Source: an archaeon (lineage in GTDB: Archaea > EX4484-52 > B79-G9). From it: 21,788 nt of DNA. Positions 1 to 8,765 of this stretch are shown here, one piece after another. The DNA is taken from the NCBI GenBank assembly GCA_043813875.1, contig JBDRKP010000025.1:1-21788 (forward strand), in the 5' to 3' direction. Numbering within the stretch: the first letter of the stretch is position 1; each line of letters opens with the position of its first letter. The translations under genes were made by a program, and so were the position numbers. The notes below the pieces were generated by a model. It saw only the letters and a list, made by a program, of their open reading frames with translations, did not search any database and was not told the origin of the DNA.

Positions 1-67
1 AAACCCAAAACCCCCCGAACCAAACCCTTAAAAACATCAGAACCCATATATGACAACAGGTGACACA

Positions 68-694
68 ATGACCTCATTCACATATCAGGACGTAAGGATA
101 ACATACATCGCTCACGCCTCATTCAAGATAAACACCAAAGACCTCGTCATATACACGGACCCCTTCAAGATACCCGACAACATGATTCCTGCAGACCTCA
201 TACTCATCTCGCACGGCCACTACGACCACTGCGACCCAGCCGACATAGCAAAGATATCAAAACCGACGACTATCATCCTCACCACAGAAGAGGCCAAAAG
301 AAAAGTAAAAGGAAATGTACAGGTCATGGGCCAGCACGGGAAGTTTAAAATAAAAGGAACGACAATCACATCAATTCCTGCATACAACCGAAATAAGCCC
401 TATCATCCCAAAGGCTCTGGAATCGGCTTCATAATCGACACGACAAAGACACGCATATACTTCGCCGGAGACACAGATTACACAGAAGATATGGACAAAG
501 TTGAAAAGATTGACATATGCCTCGTACCGATAGGCGGAACATACACGATGAACGAGCAGGAAGCAGCACAATTTGTGAACAATATCAAGCCAAAAGTAGC
601 GATCCCCATGCACTACGGCACCATCACGGCAGGCGACCCCGTCAAATTCAAGCAGCTGACCGAAGGCTCCATTGACGTCAGGATATTAGCTTGA
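68..694 (+). CDS. Metallo-beta-lactamase-fold metal-dependent hydrolase (UlaG/UPF0173-like)
   Basis: HxHxDH motif (SHGHYDH), N-terminal HASF..YTDP, YFAGDT, PIGGTYTM and IPMHYG motifs. Start moved from 50 to ATG 68, which follows a GGTGA RBS. Confidence 0.9.
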   Translation: MTSFTYQDVRITYIAHASFKINTKDLVIYTDPFKIPDNMIPADLILISHGHYDHCDPADIAKISKPTTIILTTEEAKRKVKGNVQVMGQHGKFKIKGTTITSIPAYNRNKPYHPKGSGIGFIIDTTKTRIYFAGDTDYTEDMDKVEKIDICLVPIGGTYTMNEQEAAQFVNNIKPKVAIPMHYGTITAGDPVKFKQLTEGSIDVRILA

Positions 695-733
695 AAGCAG
701 AGATATATATTAGAAGAAACCCAATAAATCCTC

Positions 734-1633
734 ATGGTAAACATCGAGAATCTCTTCAACAACGCATTCTCTGCGATAAGGGCCCAGCCAAAAATACTTC
801 TCCCATTAGTCCTCAACTGGATACCCGAGACTGTCATCACAGTCGCCATGAGCCTCATCGCAAGCGACATAATAAAAGGATACACTCTCAACCAACTCCT
901 GGCCTCATTCAAAGCAGACCCCTCAGGCTTTATCCTGGCAATGCTTAGCGCATACCCGTACCATCTCGGATTCATAGCGCTCTCGATAATACTCTCCGCC
1001 TTCATAAGCTCATTCATCAAATCCTTCTATCCCACACTATCATACCAGATATACTACCACAAAAAAATAGAATTGAACAAGGCAACAGAACTCGCAGGAA
1101 AAAGATACCTCAAAGTCCTCTGGACTGACGCCCTCTTTGGCCTCATCTCAAATACAATCATATTCGGATTGATTTTCGGTGCAATACTCCTGTTCATATT
1201 CCTTGCCGCAGCAGGAGGCGGGGTAGGCATGATAATCGGCGCCATCACAGCAATAATCGCAGCAGGGCTGCTTTTTGTGGCGGTGGCCTACATCATCCCC
1301 ATAACAGTGATACTTGAACCCGTGGTCGTCATCGAAAACCTGGGAGGGTTTGCGGCAATCAAAAAGTCCCACCAGATCCTTAAAGGAAAACTGGGCCATG
1401 TATGGCGATTCATAATATTCCTTGCAATCGCTAACGGCCTCTACCATGCTATGGTGGGGTTGCTTGTAGGCATTTTCGAATTCACTATCGGAAAATACGC
1501 AGCGATATTCCAGATGATTCTCTTGCTATTGGCATCCGCATTCATCCTTTTATCCTACGGTCTGCTATATCTTGAAATATCTCCCGTATCGATAAACCTG
1601 TCGGATCATCAAGAGAAGACGAAGACAAATTGA
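734..1633 (+). CDS. Polytopic membrane protein of unknown function (about 6 TM segments)
   Basis: 299 aa ORF with multiple long hydrophobic segments. The 'PVVVIENLGGFAAIKKSHQILKG' motif is typical of a widespread uncharacterised membrane family. Confidence 0.75.
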   Translation: MVNIENLFNNAFSAIRAQPKILLPLVLNWIPETVITVAMSLIASDIIKGYTLNQLLASFKADPSGFILAMLSAYPYHLGFIALSIILSAFISSFIKSFYPTLSYQIYYHKKIELNKATELAGKRYLKVLWTDALFGLISNTIIFGLIFGAILLFIFLAAAGGGVGMIIGAITAIIAAGLLFVAVAYIIPITVILEPVVVIENLGGFAAIKKSHQILKGKLGHVWRFIIFLAIANGLYHAMVGLLVGIFEFTIGKYAAIFQMILLLLASAFILLSYGLLYLEISPVSINLSDHQEKTKTN

Positions 1634-2036
1634 CAAGAACAGAGCAATATTCATCTGCTTCATCGGACGAAACCGATGTCATACCCGCCATGATATCCCC
1701 TGAAATATAGCCATTGCAATCTTCAACACGCTTATCATAAAGCAACGCAAGTTCAACACACGACTCAAGCTCCTCATCACCCGCATAATAAATCCTGCAC
1801 AGCTCAGATATCTCTTCTGCATCAACATTGAAATCAAAGATTCGCTTGCAGAACGTATTGTCGACAGGAGTGCTTATAAAATAAGTGGCATTCTGCTTGT
1901 AACACAAAAGCTGCACTGTAAAATCCTTGAAAGTTTTTCCTTCGATACTATCAATAACAGAATCGCTGAAGACATTCAGAAGAATGGCCACTACACCTAT
2001 AACAACAAACAACTTTATGATCTGTGATTCTTCCAT
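1542..2036 (-). CDS. N-terminally anchored, acidic, Cys-containing extracellular protein
   Basis: Hydrophobic N-terminal helix (LFVVIGVVAILLNVF) followed by an acidic domain with six Cys. GGAGGAG..GGT lies upstream of ATG 2036. The 3' end overlaps the convergent gene. Confidence 0.6.
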   Translation of the reverse strand: MEESQIIKLFVVIGVVAILLNVFSDSVIDSIEGKTFKDFTVQLLCYKQNATYFISTPVDNTFCKRIFDFNVDAEEISELCRIYYAGDEELESCVELALLYDKRVEDCNGYISGDIMAGMTSVSSDEADEYCSVLVNLSSSSLDDPTGLSIREIFQDIADRRIKG

Positions 2037-2075
2037 ACCTGCGACTCCTCCAAAAAACATATGGTCAATAGAATA

Positions 2076-2083
2076 TTTATATA
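2076..2083 (+). promoter_or_regulatory. Putative archaeal TATA box (may serve the divergent gene pair)
   Basis: TTTATATA 22 nt before ATG 2106, consistent with a leaderless transcript. Confidence 0.45.
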
Positions 2084-2105
2084 TGTTCTAATCCAAATAG
2101 AGATT

Positions 2106-2435
2106 ATGTTAGTGATGATAGCATCCGCGATTCTGATTGCCTTTGGCATCTTCCTCTTGTATTTCATTGACAGGGATCTTGAAGAAAACAAGATGTATGC
2201 GGTCCTGTTTTTAGGCCTTGCCCTTGTAGCTCTTGGCATATACCTGATATTTGCATCGATGCCTGCTGAACTGATAAAGATGAAGATACTGGGCCTGGCA
2301 ATGTCTGCGGCAGGGTTCTGGCTGGTATTCAAATTCCCGGGAGCGACAGAGATACAGGGCGAAGGCTTCGGGATCGGCGGCATCATCATAGGGCTGGTAA
2401 TGCTGGTAATAGGCCTATACCTATTCATTTTTTAG
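2106..2435 (+). CDS. Small 4-TM membrane protein
   Basis: Four hydrophobic segments separated by short charged loops. Start placed downstream of the TATA box. Confidence 0.7.
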   Translation: MLVMIASAILIAFGIFLLYFIDRDLEENKMYAVLFLGLALVALGIYLIFASMPAELIKMKILGLAMSAAGFWLVFKFPGATEIQGEGFGIGGIIIGLVMLVIGLYLFIF

Positions 2436-2450
2436 GTCATTGAATAGAAA

Positions 2451-2457
2451 TATAAAT
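2451..2457 (+). promoter_or_regulatory. Putative TATA box of the dcd / mtrA-like transcript
   Basis: GAAA-TATAAAT (BRE-like purines plus TATA) 28 nt before the dcd ATG, which has no obvious RBS. Confidence 0.45.
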
Positions 2458-2485
2458 GTTACAGGGAATTACTTAACTGATTCTT

Positions 2486-3103
2486 ATGGTGCTCTCAGAC
2501 AGGGATATAAAAAAACGTTTGATCAAAGGCGACCTCATAATAAAAGGCATAGACATCGACACCCAGGTAGGTCCGAGCTCAGTCGACCTGAGGCTCGGAA
2601 ACAGGTTCCGCATGTTCAAGATGTCAGATCATCCCATGATAGACCCAAAAGACTACAATGACGAACTGATAAACAAATGGACCGACAAGGACACACTGGT
2701 CGAAGAATGCAGCTACACAAGGCTCTACATATCAGGCAAGCCCTTCATAATACACCCCGGCGAATTCGTCCTCGCCTCCCTTAAAGAATACATCTCAATA
2801 CCTTCTGACCTTGTCGGCAGGCTTGAAGGAAGATCATCTCTAGGCAGGCTCGGTCTCATGGTCCACTCAACAGCAGGCTACGTCGATCCCGGCTTCAGGG
2901 GCCATCTCACGCTCGAGCTTGCGAACGTCGGCAAACTGCCGGTGAAACTATACCCTGGCATGAGGATATGCCAGATAGTGTTCCAGGACATGAGCTCGCC
3001 CGCAGAACGCCCATACGGCACAAAAGCCTCGAAATATCAGGACGAGATAGGCGCAACCCAGAGCAGGATAAACATCGACATCGACATAGATAGCCTCAAA
3101 TGA
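2486..3103 (+). CDS. dcd: dCTP deaminase
   Basis: MVLSDRDI start, PSSVDLRLG, HPGEFVL, EGRSSLGRLGL, AGYVDPGFRGHLTLEL, PGMRICQ and KYQ motifs. Confidence 0.95.
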   Translation: MVLSDRDIKKRLIKGDLIIKGIDIDTQVGPSSVDLRLGNRFRMFKMSDHPMIDPKDYNDELINKWTDKDTLVEECSYTRLYISGKPFIIHPGEFVLASLKEYISIPSDLVGRLEGRSSLGRLGLMVHSTAGYVDPGFRGHLTLELANVGKLPVKLYPGMRICQIVFQDMSSPAERPYGTKASKYQDEIGATQSRINIDIDIDSLK

Positions 3104-3118
3104 TATGAGGGTCATCAC

Positions 3119-3697
3119 ATGATTCCAGGAGACTATAAGGTAATTAACAGGGACGGCCGCATATCAATCGACACCCTCACAAGCCCGATCGATAACTTCT
3201 TCTTCGATGAGGCATTCACCGTAGGCTCCCACAAGACAGAGAACCTCGGGGTCGAACGCATCATATCAAACATCGTCTCCAACCCCAATGTCCGCGCGAT
3301 CATCATCTGCGGCAGGGAATCCTTCGGCCACTACGCAGGCCAGGCCCTCTATTCTCTCTGGGAAAACGGCACAGACGAAGACGGGCGCATCATAGGCGCA
3401 AAAGGCCCCATCCCCTACATAGAAAACATAGATGAAAGAGTCATCAGCCGCTTCAGGGAACAGATACTATACGTCGAGGACATGATAGGGATAGAAGACA
3501 GGGAAGCTGTCCGCCAAAAAATGAAAGAGATACTTGAGCGCAACATGCCGAAGTTCGACAAGCTCCCCATGGACACGACAGGCATGTCAAGGAAGAAAAG
3601 AAGCGTATCCATCCCTATAGAAAGCACAGAAAAACTCACAGTGGCGAACGGCCTGCTGATCGACCCACTCTGCTTCACAATCGAATGCAGGTTATGA
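3119..3697 (+). CDS. mtrA: Soluble MtrA/MtxA-like corrinoid-binding protein (tetrahydromethanopterin S-methyltransferase subunit A homologue)
   Basis: PGDY, TENLGVERIISNIVSNPNVR, CGRESFGHYAGQ (cobalt-ligand His position), RIIGAKGPIPYIENI and RFREQI motifs. No C-terminal TM anchor. Confidence 0.85.
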   Translation: MIPGDYKVINRDGRISIDTLTSPIDNFFFDEAFTVGSHKTENLGVERIISNIVSNPNVRAIIICGRESFGHYAGQALYSLWENGTDEDGRIIGAKGPIPYIENIDERVISRFREQILYVEDMIGIEDREAVRQKMKEILERNMPKFDKLPMDTTGMSRKKRSVSIPIESTEKLTVANGLLIDPLCFTIECRL

Positions 3698-4114
3698 ATC
3701 ATTCCCGTAAAACAGGGATCATTTTATAAAACTCGTTCTCTTATGACCGATGATTATTTTTGACAGACAGCGATTATCCTTTCCCGAACAGGATCCAGAT
3801 TCAGGCAGGCTTCTTTGTTTCAGATAAAATGTAAAGAGATAAGGCGTGTCTTAAAACCCGAAGGGAAACTGTTGATGATAGAGCACGTGCTGAGCAGCAA
3901 TCCGATACTCAGAGCATTAGAGCACCGTCTTAACCCCCTGACAATGTGGATGAGCGGTGTCAACATCAACAGGGACACGAAATCAAACATCAGAAAGGCA
4001 GAAATGATTATAATAGAAGACCATAACCTCGCCCTCTTTTACATATTCCGCCTATTCATAGCAAAAAACAACAGCAATAGCCGCAAATGCATTGGAACAG
4101 CCTTTCGGTCTTGA
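3694..4114 (+). pseudogene. Truncated/decayed class I SAM-dependent methyltransferase
   Basis: The C-terminal half is recognisable (EIRRVLKPEGKLLMIEHV...GVNINRDT). The glycine-rich SAM-binding motif I is absent and the upstream sequence is interrupted by stops. The 5' boundary is uncertain. Confidence 0.65.
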
Positions 4115-4132
4115 CCTCACAAAAACACATCG

Positions 4133-4140
4133 TTTATATA
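4133..4140 (+). promoter_or_regulatory. Putative TATA box of the DUF4139-like gene
   Basis: TTTATATA 33 nt upstream of ATG 4174, with a GGTGA RBS in between. Confidence 0.5.
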
Positions 4141-4173
4141 TTTCAGAGCATATACATAAAACAGGTGATAAAT

Positions 4174-5604
4174 ATGAACGAAAAAATCAAAGGTATCTCG
4201 AAAAGCGCCATCACAATCATTCTATTGCTATTGATAGTTGGCTCTTATGCTGCATTCTCCGCAGCCCCGAAAGAAGTCACATTCAAGGCATCGGCAGAAT
4301 CAGTAGATGTGACAGTATACAACTCAAACCTGGGCGTCATAAAAGAAGTGAGGACAGAATCACTAGACTCAGGCCACAACCTAGTTTACTTCAAGGGCGT
4401 CGCAAGCCAGATAGACCCGACAAGCGTCCACTTCAAGGACCTCACATACCCTGAATCCGTTGTCCTTGAACAGAACTACGAATACGACCTCGTAAACAAA
4501 GACAAGCTATTCGAAAAATACATCGACAAGGAAATCACGATCAGGATAAAAAACGGCGACACGACAGAAACAAAGACCGGAACCCTGTTGAGCCACTCAG
4601 GCGACCAGGTTATCCTGAAAAGTCCTGAAGGCAAGATACTCATACTCAACGCAGACGAAGTCGAGCTGCCAGCGCTCCCGAAAGGCCTCATAACCCAGCC
4701 CACCCTCAAATGGCTGGTAAACAGCGCCGCCACAGGCAACCACTCGATTGAGCTCTCATACATGACAGGCGGCATGAACTGGAACGCGAACTACGTCGCA
4801 GTAGTCGACAAGGACGACAAGAAAACCGACCTCACGGGCTGGGTGACAATAAACAACAACGCTGGCACCACATTCGAGAACGCGAGGCTGAAACTTGTCG
4901 CAGGCGACATTAACCGGGTCCAACAGGCAGCACCAGCACCAAGATATGATTACGCCGTCTCCAATGAAAAAGCAGGCGGAGCCCAATTCGCCGAAGAGCA
5001 GCTCTTCGAATACCACATGTACACATTACAGAGGCCGACAACCCTTATGAACAACCAGCAGAAACAGGTCACGCTCTTCAACGCCCCCGATGTAAGCGTA
5101 ATAAAAGAATTCGTATACGACCCCGCGAGGCAATACTACTGGCAAAGCTCGGACAGCACCAAGGTGAACGTCATGCTGAACCTTAAGAACTCAGAAGCGA
5201 ACGGCATCGGCATCCCGCTGCCAAAAGGTATAGTAAGGGTCTACAAAAAAGACTCCGAAGGCAAGCTCCAGTTCATAGGCGAAGATTCCATTGACCACAC
5301 GCCAAAAGACGAAGAGATAAGGCTCTACCTCGGCAATGCATTCGACCTCGTCGGCGAAAAGAAACAGACAAAATACACCCAGATATCAGACCGCGTAAGC
5401 GAGACAAGCTACGAAGTGAAATTGAGGAACCACAAGGATGAAGACGTCTCGATAAACGTCATCGAGCATCCATACGGCGACTGGGAGATAACAACCGAAT
5501 CGGATATATCTGTAAAAAAATCAACAACCGAGCTCCAGTGGACCATAAAAGTCCCGAAAAACGCTGAAAAGACACTTAAATACACCATCAGGACCACATG
5601 GTAA
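4174..5604 (+). CDS. DUF4139/DUF4140-type exported protein
   Basis: N-terminal hydrophobic helix; VTVYNSNLG, IDPTSV, EQNYEYDL, SYMTGGMNWNANY, LVAGDINRV, FEYHMYTL, PLPKGIVRVY and FIGEDSIDHTP motifs. Start at ATG 4174 after GGTGA. Confidence 0.85.
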   Translation: MNEKIKGISKSAITIILLLLIVGSYAAFSAAPKEVTFKASAESVDVTVYNSNLGVIKEVRTESLDSGHNLVYFKGVASQIDPTSVHFKDLTYPESVVLEQNYEYDLVNKDKLFEKYIDKEITIRIKNGDTTETKTGTLLSHSGDQVILKSPEGKILILNADEVELPALPKGLITQPTLKWLVNSAATGNHSIELSYMTGGMNWNANYVAVVDKDDKKTDLTGWVTINNNAGTTFENARLKLVAGDINRVQQAAPAPRYDYAVSNEKAGGAQFAEEQLFEYHMYTLQRPTTLMNNQQKQVTLFNAPDVSVIKEFVYDPARQYYWQSSDSTKVNVMLNLKNSEANGIGIPLPKGIVRVYKKDSEGKLQFIGEDSIDHTPKDEEIRLYLGNAFDLVGEKKQTKYTQISDRVSETSYEVKLRNHKDEDVSINVIEHPYGDWEITTESDISVKKSTTELQWTIKVPKNAEKTLKYTIRTTW

Positions 5605-5623
5605 GCCCGGACAGAGTATTGAT

Positions 5624-6019
5624 ATGACAGAAAAGGCACGGCTCAACGTATATCAATTCAGTAAAGGAAAGAATGTCCCTGAATTCAAAAAGACCCTGAG
5701 CCTGCCCGCCTACCTTTACAGGCAGGATGACTTCGCCATGTTCATCGCAAGAAACTGCGGATGCCATTACTTCCACATAAGCTATCCGGACAGCGAAAAG
5801 AGATCAAGGCGGCTCGCGGACATAAAGATCAAAAGCCACGGCCAAAAGCAGGTTGAATACGCGATACCATATGAGGAAGACCAGCATCGTCTCATCCTCT
5901 TCCTTGAAAGGAACAAGAAAGAGCGCCACCACATGAAAGAGACCACAAGCGCAGGAAGAAAAGCGCCAGATAGATACCATGAAGAACAGCACATAGCGCA
6001 GGAAGACATATACGGATGA
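5624..6019 (+). CDS. Hypothetical small basic protein
   Basis: 131 aa ORF 19 nt after the previous stop, same strand, backbone-like codon usage. Contains a CGCH motif. No family recognised. Confidence 0.5.
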   Translation: MTEKARLNVYQFSKGKNVPEFKKTLSLPAYLYRQDDFAMFIARNCGCHYFHISYPDSEKRSRRLADIKIKSHGQKQVEYAIPYEEDQHRLILFLERNKKERHHMKETTSAGRKAPDRYHEEQHIAQEDIYG

Positions 6020-6100
6020 GTGATCAAAGCAATATAAATGCCCTCAAACAGCAAATGAATAGCCCGCAAACCTGAGAGTCTCATGCAGCAGAGATGCATG

Positions 6101-6128
6101 CTGCACAAAACTTCAAATATTTGTGCAG
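6101..6128. repeat. Perfect 9-bp inverted repeat upstream of dapF
   Basis: CTGCACAAA (6101-6109) / TTTGTGCAG (6120-6128). Confidence 0.7.
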
Positions 6129-6190
6129 TCAATATTCGATAATCATAATGATATGCTTAAAGAAAAAATAGAGAGATATAAGTGATAAAA

Positions 6191-7045
6191 ATGCCCATCA
6201 GATTCACAAAGATGCATGGAATAGGAAATGACTTCATAATCATAAACCGTTTTGAAGAGAACATCGAAGACATCAATATAAAAGACCTCGCCATAAAGAT
6301 GAGCGACCGCCACTTCGGAGCAGGCTCAGATGGTATCATCCTCATCATGCCCCCAGAGTCAAAAGAAAACGACTTCAGATACAGGATATTCAACCCCGAC
6401 GGCTCGGAGGCTGAGATGTGCGGAAACGGCATGAGATGCGCAGCCAGATACGTCTTTGACCACAACCTGACAAAAAAGACAAAACTGCGCTTCGAGACAA
6501 AAGCAGGCATAATAAAACCGGAACTGATCCTTGTGAAAGGCCATGTAAAAGAGGTGCGCGTGGACATGGGCGAACCGGTACTGGAGCGCGAAAAGATCCC
6601 GATGCTCGGACCGGCTGGAAAAGTAATCAACGAAGACCTGAAAGCAGGCAACAAGACAGTAAAAGTCACCTGCGTCTCGATGGGCAACCCCCACTGCATA
6701 ATATTCGTCGACGACACGGGATTCGACGGATTCGAACAGCTGGGAAAGGCGATAGAGACCCACAGATCATTCCCGAAAAAGACAAACGTAGAATTCGTAA
6801 AAGTATTGGACAGAAGCGAGATAGACATGCGCGTCTGGGAGCGCGGCGCAGGTGAGACGCTTGCGTGCGGCACAGGGGCTTGCGCATCAGCAGTCGCATG
6901 CGTCCTGAACAAAAAGACCGACAGGATCGTCACAGTCCACCTGTTGGGCGGCGACCTGAAGATCGAATGGGACAAAGACACCAATCATGTCTTCATGACA
7001 GGGCCTGCAGTTGAGGTTTTTGAGGGCAGATGGAAATGCTCATAA
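6191..7045 (+). CDS. dapF: Diaminopimelate epimerase
   Basis: FTKMHGIGNDF, NPDGSEAEMCGNGMRC, VSMGNPH, TNVEF and ERGAGETLACGTGA motifs, with both catalytic Cys present. ATG 6191 follows a GTGA RBS. Confidence 0.97.
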   Translation: MPIRFTKMHGIGNDFIIINRFEENIEDINIKDLAIKMSDRHFGAGSDGIILIMPPESKENDFRYRIFNPDGSEAEMCGNGMRCAARYVFDHNLTKKTKLRFETKAGIIKPELILVKGHVKEVRVDMGEPVLEREKIPMLGPAGKVINEDLKAGNKTVKVTCVSMGNPHCIIFVDDTGFDGFEQLGKAIETHRSFPKKTNVEFVKVLDRSEIDMRVWERGAGETLACGTGACASAVACVLNKKTDRIVTVHLLGGDLKIEWDKDTNHVFMTGPAVEVFEGRWKCS

Positions 7046-7080
7046 TTCTTAATCCACTAATATTTGACACGAAAACTCAA

Positions 7081-7324
7081 GTATGCAGACCATACATACA
7101 GAAAACAGTTCCCATTATTTCCTTCTTACGACGAGAGTTACCGGAATGTCACCATTACACCCGTATGAATAAAGCATAATGGGAATGGTAACTCTATGTC
7201 TTTACCCCTTACTTCGCTAGGGGTCAATCGCCATTATGAAATTGGTTTGTAGGAACTTACAGGGGCTTTAAGTCTTTCTCGCGGAAAAACAAAAATCGCA
7301 TCACTGCGAGTTCTTAAATCCTCT
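7081..7324. ncRNA. Candidate structured non-coding element, family unknown
   Basis: Dense complementary segments: 7081-85/7091-95, 7109-18/7176-85, 7134-42/7187-95, 7152-57/7177-82, 7204-09/7219-24 and 7261-72/7313-24 (imperfect). Confidence 0.35.
7285..7309 (-). terminator. Hairpin plus U-tract terminator of the 479 aa gene
   Basis: Minus strand reads UCGCA-GUGA-UGCGA (GNRA tetraloop) followed by UUUUUGUUUUU, 16 nt after the stop codon. Confidence 0.65.
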
Positions 7325-7325
7325 T

Positions 7326-8765
7326 TTAGGATTTATGCGAAGCAAATAGCTCATCTGCAAATAGAGTTTCTTTTATAGGGTATAATTTTCCATCTTTGTC
7401 AATTACAGAATATTCTTGCTTTCCAAACAATTCATTTGCAGCTTCAAGTAATTTTTTTCCATGAAAGCTAACATTGCCCTTCTTCTTAGATACAAGTTCG
7501 CATATGTCCCGATATGTATTTTTATCCAAAGCGTCAGCCATTCCCTTGAGATCGTTCATGAATAAAGCACTTAGAGGTCTATTGTTGTGAGATTCGTCAA
7601 GAGACTTGATAAACTCCCGAAGAGTGCCACTGCCACCATTATTCTTTTCGACAAAAGCAGTTTTAATTAATTCAGGACTTGGTATAAGATAGCCATCTTT
7701 ATTTAAGTATCCTACCGGACCCAGTAAATCATTCAAAAGGATGTAAACACCGCCATAAAACTCACCAATCCTGTCTTCACTTATAAGCCTTAGAGGCTTA
7801 TTGCCTATATTGTTGACAGAATTGGCATTTACATCGAGTGCTCCTCCAAATCCGGAAAATATGCTCCTTCGCAAATCAGGCCAATTATAAAGGGATTCAA
7901 CTGGTTGTTTAACATGGGATGAAGAAGCAGGTTTGCTTTTTTCAACCGGCTTTTTGCTGAAGTCTATGCCCATATGATCGCAATAGATTCCACCTTTATC
8001 TGTGAGCACAAACTTATTATTTATATATTTAACCAGATTTCTATTTTCTAGATAGTTAATTGCTTGATCGATATCTTTAGGAGCGCCATCGTAAAGCTCG
8101 TGTTTTTTCAGAACGTTAGAGAGTTTGCCTATTGAATTTATCGGGCCCATTTTCTTCTGTTCGTAGTATAGAAGCGTCTTTAGAACGTCATCCTTGAGCT
8201 TATCGAATTTATTGTAAAATCCTGCGCTTTTTAATGTATCAACACCTTCTTTTGTGGGCCAGAAAAGGTAACTCGCAATCTCTTTATTAGCCAATTCATC
8301 ATAGTAGGCAGATACCTCTACCTTTTCTACGAGCCCGAGTTCAAGTAATTTATCAACCGTACTTTGAACAGCACTTTCAACTTTGCGCCAGCTTGAATCA
8401 TAATTCTTACGTGCATCGAATTCAAATCCGGTTTTGCCGTCTTCTATGCGCAAATTCTCGTATAATTTATCCATTTCTATGGGATTCAAATTATTTAATC
8501 GATCAGAAGTGCTTTGTAAATTTGAATATATTGGTGGCTCTTTGTTTTTTCCACCATTTTTGGAACGCATATTCGTTAATTTCCATGTCAAATCCTGGGT
8601 TGAGCCCACAGTCATATCTTTTCTAATTTTATCCAATACAAGCATGTAGGTCATAACTTCGCCAACATCTGATAAATGATATTTAGCAGCATCATTGGAT
8701 CTATATTTCTCAGAATTATCTCCACTAATCGTTATTTGACCGAGGGGTTTATTTTCACTAGGCAT
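7326..8765 (-). CDS. Hypothetical protein with two predicted winged helix-turn-helix domains
   Basis: 479 aa ORF with a GGTGA RBS. wHTH-like signatures VDKLLELGLVE...FWPTKEG and INYLENRNLV...FVLTDKG. A low-complexity K/S/P linker precedes an unrecognised C-terminal domain. Confidence 0.7.
   Translation of the reverse strand: MPSENKPLGQITISGDNSEKYRSNDAAKYHLSDVGEVMTYMLVLDKIRKDMTVGSTQDLTWKLTNMRSKNGGKNKEPPIYSNLQSTSDRLNNLNPIEMDKLYENLRIEDGKTGFEFDARKNYDSSWRKVESAVQSTVDKLLELGLVEKVEVSAYYDELANKEIASYLFWPTKEGVDTLKSAGFYNKFDKLKDDVLKTLLYYEQKKMGPINSIGKLSNVLKKHELYDGAPKDIDQAINYLENRNLVKYINNKFVLTDKGGIYCDHMGIDFSKKPVEKSKPASSSHVKQPVESLYNWPDLRRSIFSGFGGALDVNANSVNNIGNKPLRLISEDRIGEFYGGVYILLNDLLGPVGYLNKDGYLIPSPELIKTAFVEKNNGGSGTLREFIKSLDESHNNRPLSALFMNDLKGMADALDKNTYRDICELVSKKKGNVSFHGKKLLEAANELFGKQEYSVIDKDGKLYPIKETLFADELFASHKS

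Noticed and set aside
3119..3697. Evidence that the host is a methanogen
   Set aside because: A lone, anchor-less MtrA homologue without mtrB-H or mcr genes is not sufficient.
4087..4173. Upstream extension of the DUF4139-like ORF
   Set aside because: It contains the TATA box and GGTGA RBS, so the real start is 4174.
6020..6190. Lysine or c-di-GMP riboswitch upstream of dapF
   Set aside because: Only a GCAAAC word and short hairpins are present. The consensus cores and multi-stem architecture are not recognisable.
6157..6984. 275 aa minus-strand ORF
   Set aside because: Antisense shadow of dapF.
7046..7325. tRNA, SRP RNA, RNase P RNA, hammerhead ribozyme or CRISPR array
   Set aside because: No cloverleaf or T-loop, no SRP helix 8 or RNase P P4 motif, no CUGAUGA core, and no regularly spaced repeats. 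The tiny ORFs here lack support.
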